Source: Chrysomallon squamiferum (taxonomy: Eukaryota > Animalia > Mollusca). From it: 64,000 nucleotides of DNA. Positions 1 through 30,960 of this stretch are shown here, piece by piece. The translations under genes and the position numbers were made by a program. Every line of letters begins with the position of its first letter. Position 1 is the stretch's first letter. The notes under the pieces were generated by a model that searched no databases, was not told where the DNA came from, and worked only from the letters and a program-made list of their open reading frames with translations. The stretch is taken from the NCBI GenBank assembly GCA_012295275.1, contig CM022668.1, positions 12,028,001 through 12,092,000 of the forward strand, in the 5' to 3' direction.

Positions 1-474
1 GCAGGCAAAAAGTAAAGCAACTTTGCGCCCGATTATATTCAAACCTGAGTATGTGTGCGTGTATATATATATATAATATATATAATATATATAATTATAC
101 ATATCTAATTAAAATTACAATTTAATAGCAGACGAAGAATTATATTCTTTTTTTAAAAAGATGGTAAATTAAAGTTATGAACACACAATAATTACTAATA
201 AATCGTTTCTTCGACAACTTCTCGCATATGGCGATATTTCTCGAGATTCTCGTTCCTGTGGCATTTCCCGATGTATTTTTTCGTCCATACAGATATCGTT
301 CGTTGTTGTGTCTTTTAGTTCTTTTGTGATACTAGTTACAAACAACACAAATCCACGCTCGCAAACTCACGAACAGAAATATAGAGTTAGCGTACCCATA
401 CACAGAGAAAAAGATATATTTTGAATAAAAACAGTCATTAAAAACATATATTTTAAAACAGTTCTACAGCAAAA

Positions 475-541
<67 letters not shown>

Positions 542-950
542 GAGATTAACAGTATAGTTGCTGTATTTAAAAAATAATATCAACAACACGAAAAAATAAA
601 AAAAATAAAGAAAAGAAAATGCTTAAATATAATTTTCTGCCATACAGCATTTTATCAAATGACACTACATATTAAGATAAAAATAGATAATGCTACTTCT
701 GTTAACATATATCATGAAAAACAATTGAAATGATGTCATATTGTAATATAACGTCATCAGACAAGAACATCATAAACGATGGAGAAAAAAAATGTTCGAA
801 GTTTTGATTGCCTGATAATATATGACGTCATAATATTGTTTATTATTTATCTTTTCCTTTAAAATTCAAATTTCAAATTTAATGCTTCTTTGAAATTTTG
901 ATAATTTGACTTCTTGATTATCTGATTCGACGAAATTTGCCGTCTGTTCC

Positions 951-15283
<14,333 letters not shown>

Positions 15284-15316
15284 CTTTGTAACAGAGTTTG
15301 AGTTCTCTTACAGGCA
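15284..15316 (-). other. 5' UTR part of the first coding SLC4 exon; implies at least one non-coding exon further upstream
   Basis: An acceptor (tttgcag) lies 33 nt upstream of the ATG, with an in-frame TAA in between. Confidence 0.6.
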
Positions 15317-15360
15317 CTGCAAATATATTTATATATTTTATTTATACAGGTGTGCTGAAA

Positions 15361-15407
<47 letters not shown>

Positions 15408-15410
15408 TCT

Positions 15411-15488
<78 letters not shown>

Positions 15489-15565
15489 GTATAATCTACG
15501 GATCGCTATAATGTTATCAGTCTGTCTATATATTATCATCATTATTATTACTACTACTACCATTA

Positions 15566-15596
<31 letters not shown>

Positions 15597-15623
15597 AATA
15601 ATAATAATAATTATTATTATTGG

Positions 15624-15654
<31 letters not shown>

Positions 15655-15675
15655 CTATTATTATTATTATTATTA

Positions 15676-15758
<83 letters not shown>

Positions 15759-16655
15759 GTTGTTGTTATTATTATTATTATTGTTATTGTTATTGTTATT
15801 GTTATTGCCATCGTTGACACTGGCAGTGAGGACACTAACAGGTTGTTCAGATTCGGAGACGCAACGTAAATCACTCTTCTCAACCACTTGACGGATCTTC
15901 ACGAACTATAATTTATGATTGACTGTCTGGGTCAGTCAGTATTTATTTTTTTTATTTCTTAGCGATATAAACCGTGACTTGCATTAACTATGAATTTGTG
16001 TAATTAACAAGTTTGTAAATATACAATGCAAGGAATTATTAAAAAAAAAAAAAAAAAAAAAATCAGTTCGGTTAATTTTCCCTTTAAATACAGTTTTAAA
16101 ATATAGTTAAAAAAATAATAGCAGAAATCAAACAAACAAACGAACAATTAAACAAATAAATAAATAAATTGCAAATAATAACAAGAAAAAAAAAGGATAT
16201 AAACCAACAAATAACAAATAAATAAATAAATAAATAAAAAGATAATAAATAAAACATATATATATGAAATAACATATATATATATATATATAAAAAAAAA
16301 AAAAAAAAAAAAAAAAAGCTATATGACAGAATATAAAATAAATAATTTCAGTAGTAATAGAAAATAAAATCACACAAAAAAAAAAAAAAAGCAGAAAGAT
16401 GAATAAAGAAGAGAAAAAAAATGAATGATTATTCACCCTAAGCAGGATTTTTTTTATTTTTATTTTTATTTTTATTATACATAGAATATTGCGTTTATGT
16501 CTGGTGAAAATGAACAATTTTACTGGGGGCTAGAAAAAGACCCAGAAACCGGTAAGTTATCAGGTACATTTGAAATTGAAGACATAACGAATTTTAACAT
16601 AAATATATATATACATGCATATATTATGTATATGCGTTTATGTATATATGTGTCT

Positions 16656-16719
<64 letters not shown>

Positions 16720-17106
16720 TACTATTAGCACAAACGATTCATATTTTGAGTATCTGTGTCATCGTAATGAACTGGACTAAGGCAGTTTATTTAAGAAAAA
16801 AGAGTGACGTGCAGTTTTGAATTGAAATGAGAGTGAGTGGCTTTCAGTGCAAGTCAGTCACTATAACATGATGTTCTGTTAACCGCCATACACGTATTGC
16901 AATTTCTTTATTTCTTTTTACACCATACATATATATATATATATACATACATATATATATACATGTATTAAAATAAACGCTCAGACTTGAATAGAAACAT
17001 CTCTCACAGAAGGACACAGAAATGAGAGAGAGACAGACAGAGAGAAAGAAAAGAAAACAGTATAAAAATAGAAAGTGGAAATGAGTATTTGTGTTTCTAT
17101 TGTGCG

Positions 17107-17211
<105 letters not shown>

Positions 17212-17311
17212 AGAAATGAGACAAAGAGAAAGCGACAGAGAAAGAGAAAGAGAGAGAGAATTACATCGGGCGTAACAGAGAAAAACAAAAAAGATGATAA
17301 ACTCGTCAGGC

Positions 17312-17342
<31 letters not shown>

Positions 17343-17651
17343 CCCCCGCAGCTTTGAAAGAGACAAAGAGATTTGATCCTGTAATACATCATGCTTCAGA
17401 CGAACGTTCTAGCACCTCGGCTACATGATGCAACAACTGTGCGTTACTCCCAGACATATCTGTCAGCTAAAAATAAGCACGACACGACACAACACAAAAC
17501 AAAATGTCTGCCGCACATAAAACGCTGACGAACTTCGGATCTTGACAGGAATCTGGGTCAGTAGGTCAGTCGGATGAGTCAAGCGGCCATTAACACAGAT
17601 AACAGAAATAAATCAAAATTAAAAATTAAAATTAAATTTTGAAAAGGAAAG

Positions 17652-17683
<32 letters not shown>

Positions 17684-18530
17684 ACGAGTGAAGAAATAGT
17701 GTGTCTGTTTGGATGCCTGAATGTTTCTTTTTTAATATTTATGCATTTATGTATGAGTATGTCTGTGTATATGTGTGAGTGTGTTTATGTGTGTGCGTAT
17801 GTGTTCGTGACGTATAGACATACATACATGCAAACAATATACATATATATAATAGATATACATACATTCACACATATATACATACATAAATAAATACAAA
17901 CATACATTTATACGTACATACATATATACATACATACGTACATACGTACGTACGTACCTAAATAAGTAGTTCACATTTTTTGATATTCTTAACAATATTC
18001 AGCGACCTAACAACAAGAACTTTTACGAAGTGAATCAGAATAATCAGATTCAGAAACAAGTTTCCTAGGCTGATTATCGTCACTGATGCTGTACTAGTCA
18101 CGAATGACGTGGTTGTTGTCACCGTTGCTCTTTCGTCAAAGTGGCTGCAGTCATAATTTTGCTGTTTCCAAAAGTAATTTCTCCTGTATATCAAGTTCTC
18201 ATTTTAAACTGTGTTTGTGCTATAAATATTTCTTGTGGGATTTTTTTTTTTTTATTCTTTTTTTTTTTTTTTTTTTTTTAATATCAAACAGTAATATGTC
18301 AGAAAGATTTTATTTTTTATTATATTATTATTATTGTTATTTTTATTATTATTATTATTATTATTAAGAAATTTTTATAATTTTGGAATATGATAAAATC
18401 GCCATATATATATATATATATATATATACATATGATTAATTCAGTAGCTTTATCACCGCGACCCAAGTCCAGATACAACAGACGGCGAAGAGAATATTTA
18501 GATCAGTTGTCATGAAGATAGTATTTTTAG

Positions 18531-18600
18531 TAGCCAATCAGAAAGCAGAGACCGACATAATGGCGGAGGAAGAAAGTAATTTGTCACTGGTGACGTCTTC
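18531..18600. promoter_or_regulatory. Promoter-like motif cluster upstream of SLC4
   Basis: CCAAT box (agccaatcag), YY1-like ataATGGCGg and a CRE-like tgacgtc within 70 bp. Confidence 0.35.
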
Positions 18601-18722
18601 CGTGAATGATTCGGTTCAGAGATTACAAAATTCTTTTTAATTTTTTATTTTTAATTTTTTATTTTTTTTGTTCAATGAATACAGTTTTGTTAATAGAATA
18701 CAAAATTTTATAGGTGGATAAA

Positions 18723-18762
<40 letters not shown>

Positions 18763-18844
18763 TAAAAATGTTTTTATATAAACAAACTTACTGAATAAAT
18801 AAACGTTATTAATACATATGCTACTATGCCTACATTTTCTACTT

Positions 18845-18880
<36 letters not shown>

Positions 18881-20150
18881 TAACACTAGTACTGCTGCTA
18901 CTATAAGTATTGTTGTTATTACTATTTGTATAGCTCTTAATATTATTACTACTATTGCTACTACTACTACTACCATTACCGCCTCTAGTACAACAACAGT
19001 TAGTATGTTATTATTACTACCACTATTTTAACTGTAAGTAAATGTATAACACTTACTACGACTACTACTATTAGTAATATTACTACAAATACAACTGCAA
19101 ATACTACCATTACTACAAATACTGCTTCAACTATTACTATTAGTATAGTTATTGTTATTATTACTACTGCTACCAATACTAATACTATCAGTAGTTCTAT
19201 TGCTGCAACTTCTACTTGTTTGTTTCCCTGTTTATATATTTATTTATTTACTACGTCATAGCACGACCCATCCCAACCTCTTGTTCGCATTCCATCCCAG
19301 TTTGTTTTCATCATTTATCATTTATCATCTATTTTCACCACACCCGATAGATACTGCATTCAGTTGTTTAATCGGTACCACACAGATGAAATGCAAAGCA
19401 CCGTCAAGCCACGTTGATTGACAGGAACGGGAAAATACTGAAGCACGCGCTCCTCGGAGTGCTAACTCTTGACATTCATCACGCCATGGAGTGTAAATTT
19501 CAACAATGACGTTGCCGCCGTGTTGCCAAACGTTACGCATTTGTTTTCCATTTTTCATTTTGACGACGCGAGAGACATTCCGACTGAAGCCGTTAACCCT
19601 TTAACGACCGATTTCAACACTGTCCAGTACTGTCTACACACACACACACTGATAGTAAATCTAAGAACTTCAGCTCTGTCCAGTACTATACATTAATGAT
19701 ACTAAATCTACCATTCTTCATAACGGACAGTTTACCGTTAACATAACTGTAAATAATTTACAGCGAGACTGGAAAAATTCCGTACGAAACAATCCGAACG
19801 ATTTCAAACGAATGAGTTGGGAAATTTCATCTGTCAGCCTGTTTGTGTTTACAATAATAAACATCGTAAAAGAAGAAAAAAAAAAAAAAAAAAAAAAAAA
19901 AGGGTTTGTTGAGACCATTCAATTATATTTATTATTAGTTGTTTTTTTTGTATGTGTTGTTTTTGTTGTTGTTTTGATTCGGTTGGTTTTCGTTTTATTG
20001 ACATTTTTAAATTTTTGTTTTCTAAAGGCCAAATTGATATTTGTTGTTTCGGTTTTAATTTATACCATTGTGGAGCAATATGAAATACAGTGATAAAGTT
20101 TAGGTTGTACTGGAATTTTACAAGTTGAATTTAGGACAAAGGGGCTTGTT

Positions 20151-20237
<87 letters not shown>

Positions 20238-21027
20238 TATTTTATTGTAATTCCCTATATCAGTAAAAAACAAAACAAATAAATGAATGAAGAGAAAAAT
20301 AAAGCACTTAAATTCTATGACGTCATTCAAACTTAATATTTTACTTTTGGGGAAATCACAAGAACTGTAAGTCGTCTTAACACCAGTATTGTTGCTAGGT
20401 TTTTTATATTATATACGTCATCTTAGTTGCTAATGAATGACGTCATGATGACAACTGGACACTATGACACCATGCTTTGTTCAAATGGTATAACATTTTG
20501 AAAACTTAAGAAAAAAGTAAACATAAATGCGAAAGGCAAGTAAAATTCTTTTGCCGATTTAAAAAAATATATATATATTTTTTTAATGAATGAATGAATG
20601 AATGAATGAATTATTATTATTATTATTATTATTAAAAACCTCAGATTTCTAATATTTATAGACACACACACACACACATACAAACAGGGAGAAAGGTATA
20701 AACATAACAAAAAAATCGTTTCTCTCGTGTTCTATCTTACAAACAAGTTATTTACACGCTGTCCTACCCACCACATCGTGTTCACACCTGGCTGGATGGG
20801 CGTGTTTGTACCTGTGATATAACTTATACACGACAAAGTGACAGTTACTTGACCACTACTAAATCTTGTCTACAGCTCGACATAACGTCAACAAGATGAA
20901 ATCATATTTATAATTCTTGACCGTGTCAGAAGTATCTCAACGCATGCGCAGAAAGAAAAAAAAGTTTCGAAACCAGACGTGTTATCTAACAATAATAAGA
21001 ATAAGGTAGAAGAACAATGAAATACGT

Positions 21028-21091
<64 letters not shown>

Positions 21092-21145
21092 CAACAACAA
21101 TAATAACAACACTAACCGGAGTAATTTAACTGGGTTTTTTTCTTC

Positions 21146-21240
<95 letters not shown>

Positions 21241-22159
21241 TGAATGTATAAATATATGTCTTTAATAATGTAGTATTTAAGTGTATTTCAGATATCTTTA
21301 AGCCAAATACCTATTCATTCGCATTCCACAAAGAACGTTACTCTGGTACATATTCGGCTGAATTATTCGAAAGTGGCAAATATCTGCTATCCATACACCC
21401 TTTATTAATGTCTACGTGTGATATACTAATACCGTAATTGATAATATGCTGCTAGTATTGTTTGAAGCCATTTATTAAGTTTACACCTAACACTTAACAA
21501 TGACTGGTACATTAATTATTACACACACAGCGCCGATGTCCTCTTATGCTTCCCTATAAACTATATTGAGAGCAGAAGACAGCTGATCACGTGATGTTAA
21601 TGATAATTTATAACACCTGTAACGTAACATGTCATTGGTCAGAAATTATGTTCGAGAAGGGAGTGGGTATTATTACTAACGAAAGAAAACTTTCCATCTG
21701 ACCTTGACCTTAAATACGTACTTTGGAGATTTTTTTTCCTTCTTATTACATTTATTTATTTTTTTATATATATATATATATATTTTTTTTTTATTATTAT
21801 TAATTTTTAATTTTATATTTTACATATTATTTTGCTGTTTTATTTTAAGACGTTAGATAAATTCAACTATTCATTTAACTAAAATAAATTTAAATTATAT
21901 AAAATAAGTAAGTAAATACATAAGATTTTTTTTTTTTTTTTTGTAATTTTTGTTTGTTTTGTTTTTGTTTGTTTTTTTTTATCGTCTGCGTTCGTTTCGT
22001 TATTCGAGTGAGGTTTCTTTAAACCAGTGGCTGGAGTTTGACCCGGGATCAGAATTCAACCTGAAGCGTCCATAGGAGTATTTAACATATAAAAAATAAT
22101 TTAAATATAAAAATAAATAAAACGACAGCAGCAGCAACAGCAACAACAGCAACAACAAT

Positions 22160-22450
22160 AATAATGATTTATGCTGCTGCTCTGATAATAAATATATAAA
22201 TAATAAAAAAAATATTAAAACAACAGTATCAGCATCATCATCAACAACAACAACAATAATAATAAATATAATAGTAACAGTAATGATGTTTATGATGATG
22301 CAGATGATAATAAATATATATATAAAAAAAAAAATTAAAACAACAACAACAGTATCAACAGCAGCATCAACAACAACAGTAACAACATCAACAATAATAA
22401 TAATAAATATAATAGTAACAGTAATGATGTTTAGAAGCTGATGATTATAA
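22160..22450. repeat. Compound microsatellite block duplicated about 2.3 times
   Basis: aataataaatataatagtaacagtaatgatgttta and ttaaaacaac..agtatca each recur. Confidence 0.7.
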
Positions 22451-22923
22451 ATAAATAAATAACTAGAAATAAATAAGCAAAAATAAAATGACAGATATCA
22501 TTTTATACAGTTATTAAATCACAACCTGAATTTGTACTAACTGCATTTTTCCCATTTTTATGAACTTATAACATTTTTTTTTTTTTTTTAATATATATTT
22601 ATTTTATTTTATTTTATTTGTATTTATTGATAAGCATTTTTATATGTATTTATATTTATATACGTAACATAATTTTTGAGTGGGTTCATTTCTTCTTCTT
22701 TTTTTTTAAATTTATTTTCTTTCTTTGTGAACTGTTTTTCTTTCATTCTTCGTCTTTGCTTTTATTTATTTATTTATTTCCTCGTTTTCTTCTATTAGTC
22801 TTTCATTATCAAAATGTTATTTTTATAGCTCTATGAGCTCTTATCGGGCCAGAACTAATAGTAATAATGCAAAATATTGCGTATGCATTTTTTCCCGTAT
22901 CTATATCCGACACATCGACATAA

Positions 22924-22960
<37 letters not shown>

Positions 22961-24130
22961 TACAAAATAAAAAAAAAAATAAAAATAAAAATAAAAAAGT
23001 TAAATAAAATAACATAAAAATAAAATAAAATAAAATAAAATAAAATAAAATAAAATAAAATAAATGTTTTCCGTAACTGTAACCCCACCTCTTGTTTAGG
23101 TTCGGCCTTTCTCTACCGGAAGAGTAAACTAGATAATGAACTCGCCTCAGAAATTCATTAATTATTACGAAAGGAAAAAACGACGTCTGCTTCAAAAATA
23201 GTCACATTTCAAGAAGAAACGGAAAAAACAAACCAAAAAAAGAACTCGTGACCTAGTTTTTTAAGATGTATTTGCCCGAGATGTATTGTTGTTGCTGTTT
23301 AATTTATTTGTTTTCTTCTTCTTTTTCTTCTTCGCGTGTGTGTTGTTATAAATGCTCTAATTCGTTTGACCTATATTAAGAACGAGAGAACTGCGGTTTT
23401 AAAATATTTTCAACGCAAAAGAAAATGACAAAATTCGTGATATAAAAATAATTACGTTTATATTCCGTTTAATAGACGTAGACAGTATACACACACGAAA
23501 AGGGGGGCGATGTGTATTATTACTAACAATACTATCGCTGTGTATTTGATTTGTAACAAACCATTTTATTTCATCTTTGAAGTTATATCGACTCATATTG
23601 CAGAAATCAGGTATCCACCCCCACCTCCCCTATTCACCAATATAACCAATGCATGATTTGCAGAGAAAACAAATATTCTTCAAAGGTTAGATTATTACTC
23701 AGTCATAAAATGTACATAAAATTTTGGGTGAAATAAATAAATAAAAAAATTAACAGAGAATTTGTTGAGCTGGATTTGAATGTTTATTTTTTATTTTTAT
23801 TTATTTATTTTATTTTATTTATTTTTTCTGTTTCGAGTTTATTTATTTATTTATTATTGGGTTTTTTTTGGGGGGGGTTAGGGCTTTTTTAAAATTGTTT
23901 TTATTTTTGTTGTTGTTGTTGTTTGTTTTATAACTGTTTATTCATTGTTATTTATTTATTTACTTATTTATTTTGTTGATTTTTGGGGTTGGTTGTTTCA
24001 TTGTCTATTTCTATGTCTGTACTTTTTTCTCTCAAACATAAATATTTTTTTTCTTTTAATTCTTGATCTTTTTACGATTTATTTTCAGAAAATATACAAA
24101 TGTAATGTAGTTTAGATTATTATTATTATT

Positions 24131-24162
<32 letters not shown>

Positions 24163-24214
24163 GTTTCAACTTTACTTGCTTGTGTGAACATCGGTACACC
24201 AGAAAGTGCTTATG

Positions 24215-24298
<84 letters not shown>

Positions 24299-25399
24299 AA
24301 AAGAGATGAAAATGGAGGCAGACGAAGAAAAAAGAAAGTATTAATCAGACAGAGACTGACAGAGAGCGAGAGAGCAGATCTAAAGAGAGTACTGTATTTT
24401 CTCGTTAATAACATTTTAATTTGTAAATTTTATTCGCCACACAAAACATGTCGAATAAAAGATTATAACGAAATCACGTTCGGAGGTCATAATTACTGAA
24501 CTGGAACCAGTCTAGTTATTCCTTATTCGACTTTTCCTCTCCATAACTTTTTTTTTTACCCGTCCGAATGTTTATTTTATTATTTTCTTTTTTCGTAAAT
24601 ATATATAACGTGTAATTTTATTTTATTTTATTTTATTTTATTTATTTTTTTTTTAAAAAACAACACAATAAAATATGAATAATAAATAATTTAAAAATAA
24701 TAAAACATAATATGCAATGGGTTTTTTCTATAAAAACGTATTCCTTTATTATTATTATTACCGTAGCAACAGCAAAAACTACTACCACAACAATAACAAC
24801 TACAACTGCAACAACAACAACGACAGCAATAACATCAACTACTACTACTAGTCTGGTAATAATTTTACTACCAGCGCGGTGACATCAGCAACAGCAACAA
24901 GAATAAGTAGCACCATTACTACTGCCACTAGTATTACAACTACTACAACTGCTGCTATTACAACTACAACCATCGCTACTACTATTAATAATACTACTTT
25001 TGATTACTTTTACGACTATTACTATTAAACTATCACATCTAATATTAATAATATTATTAATACTACCGCTATTTTATCATCATACTCACACTACCGTTAC
25101 CACTGCTTCTACTACAACCACTACTGCTACTACTACTACTACAACTACAACTACTACTACTGCTACTACTACTACTACTACTATTGCTGCTTCTGCTACT
25201 GCTACTGGTACTACTGTGACTTCTAAACTATTACAACTAATATTACTACTAATGTTATTAATATTAGAGATATCGTCCTCATACATCAACTATTACTACT
25301 ACCTCTACTACTACAACTACTTCTACCTCTACTATTACTACTGTTATTACTGCTACTGTTACTACTGCTAACAACAGCAGCAACAACAACAACTTTAGC

Positions 25400-25484
<85 letters not shown>

Positions 25485-26093
25485 GTACGTACAAAAATAC
25501 ACATACATTTATATATATATACATACATACATACATATATATTAATATACATATTCATTGTCAATTTAATGCACCTACCTTTTTTATGTAACAACCTTTT
25601 TTTCCTGTCCTTAATAGGCAGGTCAGAAAAACAATCGCAGAAAATTCAATACCAATAATTTCCACATTATTTTCGCTCGTCTAAATCTGCTAACCAAAAG
25701 TTTTATTTCGTATTTCATTAGTTTATATAATGCTACGTTATGAATATTCATGAGCATGCTCTTATGCGGGCATAGCGTTACATCTGAGATTATAATCGCC
25801 GGCTTGTTAATATTCATGAGCTTGCCCTTATAAGGACTGACCCAGAATGTGGATTTCTTTTTTTTTTTTTTTTTTTTTTTCTTTCTTACATTTGACACGT
25901 GATTCGGTGATAGATAAGGAAATAAAAGGTGGGTTAAATATTGCTTAGGATGTCCATTATGTGGAGAGAAGAAAGATATCTATGTTAACGTATTTGCGAG
26001 AAAATTGTTGTTAAGAAAAGAAGACGATATTTTCACTTGTGATAGCTTGTCGAAAAACAGCTTGAGCGAGACATACAGACAAACTGACATAGC

Positions 26094-26194
<101 letters not shown>

Positions 26195-26608
26195 TGTGAT
26201 ATATATAAAGAGCGAGATTGAGAGAGAGCGAGAGAGAGAGAGAGAGAAAGAAAGAAAAAGAGAAATATACACACAGAGAGACAGAGAAAAACAGTGATGG
26301 CTGAAAACGTGTAATTAAACTCTGTACATAATCGAATATATAAATATACAGTTATATGTATGTATGTGTGTATGCATGTGAGGCGTACAGCTGTGTTTTG
26401 TGTGTATATGTGTGTATGTCTATTCGTATGAAATGCAACTGAAGATAATGGGAACTAAGTTTTAAAATGTCGAATATTGTCTGGTTTCAGATTCTAAATT
26501 GCATGGCCGTTTTGTGCTAAATTTCTCTTTTAATCCATCTTATTTATTTATATATGTATGTATGTATGTATTATGTATGTATGTATGTATGTATGTATGT
26601 ATGTATCA

Positions 26609-26673
<65 letters not shown>

Positions 26674-27112
26674 GCTGTTGTTGCTGTTATTTAAATATAA
26701 CTCTTCGAAGCCTACATTTTTGTCCAGCGATGAAGTGAACATGTTTTGCGATCGGCCAACTTTAATTTCGTGAAATTATATTTATCAGTAAATCATGTGA
26801 CCAACTGTATGAATAACAGCAAAAATGCACTGTTTTACTGTTGTTGTTAGTGACTGGCAATAAACCCAGATTTTTTTTAAACTTGAGGTTGGAAATGATG
26901 ACTAACTGTACAGAATTACATGTAAAGAATAGGCTACAATTAAAAGCAATGTTTTTAGAAGTCCGAAACTAGCGAAAGCAGGGCTAGAAGTCATCGTAAA
27001 CAAATATAAGAATGAAACTTTTATTATAATAACTTTATAACTCATGGGACAAGTGTGTAAGCGATATTTTGTTAAAGGCCCTGGTTTTTTTTTTGTTAGA
27101 AACAGAACACCA

Positions 27113-27191
<79 letters not shown>

Positions 27192-28521
27192 GATGTTTAA
27201 TTTTATGTTTGTGACAATAGCTTGGTTTGTGTCGTTTTGTCTTATTTCTCCTTTACAAAAAGCTCACTCCGCCATAAAGTGTCTGGAAATAGGAAGAAAC
27301 GACTTCTCCCTGTTTTTTTTTGTTTTTTTTTTTACCCTCGCGTTAACGATTCGTAGATAATCTTTCTGTTTACACAGCGGATTTGATTTTAAAAAACACA
27401 CCCCTCCCAAAAAAAAAAAAAAAAAAAAAAAACCCTCTTCTATTAATTTGGATTTAGGAAGTTCGATACGTTGTCCGTTTTTTTTTTTTTTTTTTTTTTT
27501 TTAGGTCGCTCTACATTCAGAAAAACCACCCCTCACATATTTATACAGACCGCTTTCTGCTTTTGACACTGAATCGAAATGAGTGTTTTTGACATAGGTA
27601 TCAACAGACAGACGCTGATAATAATCGTGTTCATTTAGCTGCATGTGGTAATTACAAGAAGCGTGATATCACTGTTTATTAAGCCATCAAACAAGCGTGA
27701 TCACTTGATCTCACGTGGTAACCTAGTTTTAAACCTGCAGTTTAAGAGGTGATCGTACGTGCAAAATTGTGAGCCGATATTGACAAAACTAATTACTATA
27801 CAACTTGTCGGGTTTTATTTTTTATTTATTTAATTTTTTTTTTTTGTTCTGAAATTTACACCTGAAATCCGGAGTAGACAATGATAATGACTTTATTTTC
27901 ATAAACTGTAGGATTATAATGCATTACAAAAAAAAAAAAAAAAAATGAATATCCGGATTAGACATATTTTTGTTCATAAACTGGACGGGACTTTGAAATG
28001 GTGCCGGTTTACACAGTGTTACAGGGGCTGGTTTTCACGTAGTCCACTGTTTGTGTGTGTGTGTACGTAAATATGTATAAAAGTATGTGTGTTATGCTTT
28101 TAGGTATGTATTTGACTACGTCCCTAAAACACTAGCTAATTCATCATTCATTATTATCGTTTCTTATAGTTTTGTGCTAATTAAAAAATTCTTAACGGAA
28201 AAACGATAAAACCGCTCTAACTGGAATCAAATGCGCAGGAGGAAATAACAGAAAACAAACTCCCTGCACCCTGAAATTACCATCTGTGACGTAAGCATTT
28301 TCGGTGGACAGAGTAATATATTGCATTCTCGTACAATTCCGCATTTACTTTTGAATTACTCGGAATAGAGCAATGAAATAGTTTTCAGAATTTCTTCTTT
28401 TGTATCTTAGTGACGTCATTACATACGGCACAAGTATTTACGTAATTATAACGTATAATGTATTAAAATATACAACAGTGTATAAACGTCTGTTGTAATT
28501 CATAGGCAAAAAAAAAAAAAA

Positions 28522-28553
<32 letters not shown>

Positions 28554-29607
28554 AGATGACGGTGATGATGATGTTGTTGTCGATGGTGATAACAATAATA
28601 CTACATGCATTGATATTTACAATTTATAAAGATATATATTTTTCTGTCCTTTGGTATTTGTATATTTTAAATTTGTGTATGTGAAAACATTTATTTATTT
28701 ATTTATTTGAGGTCTATATGTGGGCTGTTCCTTGTTTTTGCGTGAATTTGTGCAGGAAGAATTTAATTATAATATATATATATATATATATAGCCACGTA
28801 TTACAAGGTAATATCTTTCTGGTAAGTTCGTCGCCCTGGTAACGTGTAAAAATAGAGAGATGGGTCAAAGGTGAAGAACCTGTGTTTGACTGGTACGAGA
28901 CTTTCACTTTCCGAGTACGACGTCATCAATCACGAGATCTGCCGGAAACCGTCTGTTTCTTTGAATTAAATTAACACCGAGAAAGCTTGTCACAACTGAC
29001 AAAATAATTTATGTAGACGGAGAAGATAATAAAATAAACTTTTATATAACTCTTTTCCTTCTTTATAATTTGTCTTTATTTTCTCTTTTATGAGTTTATT
29101 TCGCAGTCACAAACAGTCTTTGTTGCTTGTAATTCGAAATCATTTTCAGTGAAGGCATTATAAATTAAAAATAATCACAAAATATATTACTGGTTAAAAA
29201 AAAAGCAAGAAAAAACCAAAATCATATCTGAATTTTATATGTTTTTATTGCCTGGAGATTATAGATTCATAAAATAAAATGAAATATTCGTTTGTGTATA
29301 TATGTATGTATGTATGTATATGTATGTCTTTATGAATGTATGTACTTATGCACATAAATCAACAAAATTCAAATATCATATACGCATATCCACACACACA
29401 CACATACATAAACACACACGTATAAAACATAACACACACACACACACACACACAAACTAATACATACCATATAAACTCCCTAAAGCACTTTAATACATCC
29501 ATTCATGAATACACAAAGGGCGTAACCAAGATTTGTGAAAAGGGAAGAAGCCACAGTCATATAAATCAAATTACACACACAACGGCAATACGTAGAGAAA
29601 TACGCAG

Positions 29608-29643
<36 letters not shown>

Positions 29644-30920
29644 ACACACACACTCACAGGCACACACACACACATATACACAGACAAAAACAAACACACT
29701 CATAATTATATACATATGCAAATATATATATTTTTAATTACATACATATATACATATGCAAACATATATATAATTACATGCATATATACACAAGCAAACA
29801 CTCACAGACACACACACACACACATATATATACATATACATACATACATACATATATACGCGCAAACACACATATACATACATACATATATACATACATA
29901 CATTATATATATATATATACATACACATATACACATATGCATAATCACAGTACATAATATATCCAGTTTTAAACACATTACACATACATACACATACACA
30001 CAAAGACACAGTCTCAGTATACGCACAAACAGACACGTATTTACTGACATCAAGATAACGCATTTAAACATCCACAGACACACAAACGCACGTTCTGGAC
30101 TTAAGGCTAAATTAAGATACTTGGTAGAATCTAGAAAAATATTCTAGATATAAAACAGTGACAGAGCCTCTGGCGAATTTTCACGTTTTTATGTCATTTC
30201 TTTAAACCACGCACCGAGCACGAGACAAGTACAGGGGCAGAATGACCTTTAATCGTAGGTCATGTGTGTATATATATATATATATATATAAGTTTCTCTT
30301 CGTAAGTAGGTACATACACACACACATGTATATATATATATATATTATTCATACACTAAACTACACACAATTATTTTCAATTATTAGACGATATCTTATT
30401 TCACTATAAGTATATTTTTCTACTGCTATAACGTATTCGCTGTATATGGGATGGTACGTAAAAAAATTGCCCTTACTGCTAACCAGTAAGAGTAACTCGA
30501 AAAGTGTCCATCCAACGTGATTCAGCTAAAAAATATTATTTGTCGAAAAAAGATATCGTTTAATAACCGTTAGCATCAAAATTTTTTTTTTTTTTTTTTA
30601 TTATTATTATTATTTTTTTTTTTTGAGTTTTCGTTAGACAATTATCTGTCATACTTTTCTGATGCGCACCAGTTATCTTCTCTCGCTGAGTTCAGCTGAA
30701 TTAAGGAGCACAATACGTCTATTCTTTGTGGAGACCATGCGTATCTATCGCTTTTCATTACACACATAAATAATAATAGAGGTCAAATTTGATCTTTATG
30801 TTCTTCAGAGATGCATATCTGGTGCTGAAATGCGTAACTAAAGCTTAGTAAATAATGAACTTGAAATTTTAGAATAGTAAGGGAAAATTGAGATTGAGCT
30901 TCGGAATATATTTTTTATTT

Positions 30921-30960
<40 letters not shown>

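Noticed and set aside
16497-16551. Possible plus-strand first exon MSGENEQFYWGLEKDPET followed by gtaagt
   Set aside because: No downstream exon or homology found; plausible by chance.
26700-28050. Possible decayed DNA-transposon fragments (ends near aaggccctg at ~27083 and gtccactgt at ~28050)
   Set aside because: Only single candidate termini, with no matching opposite TIR or transposase remnant visible.
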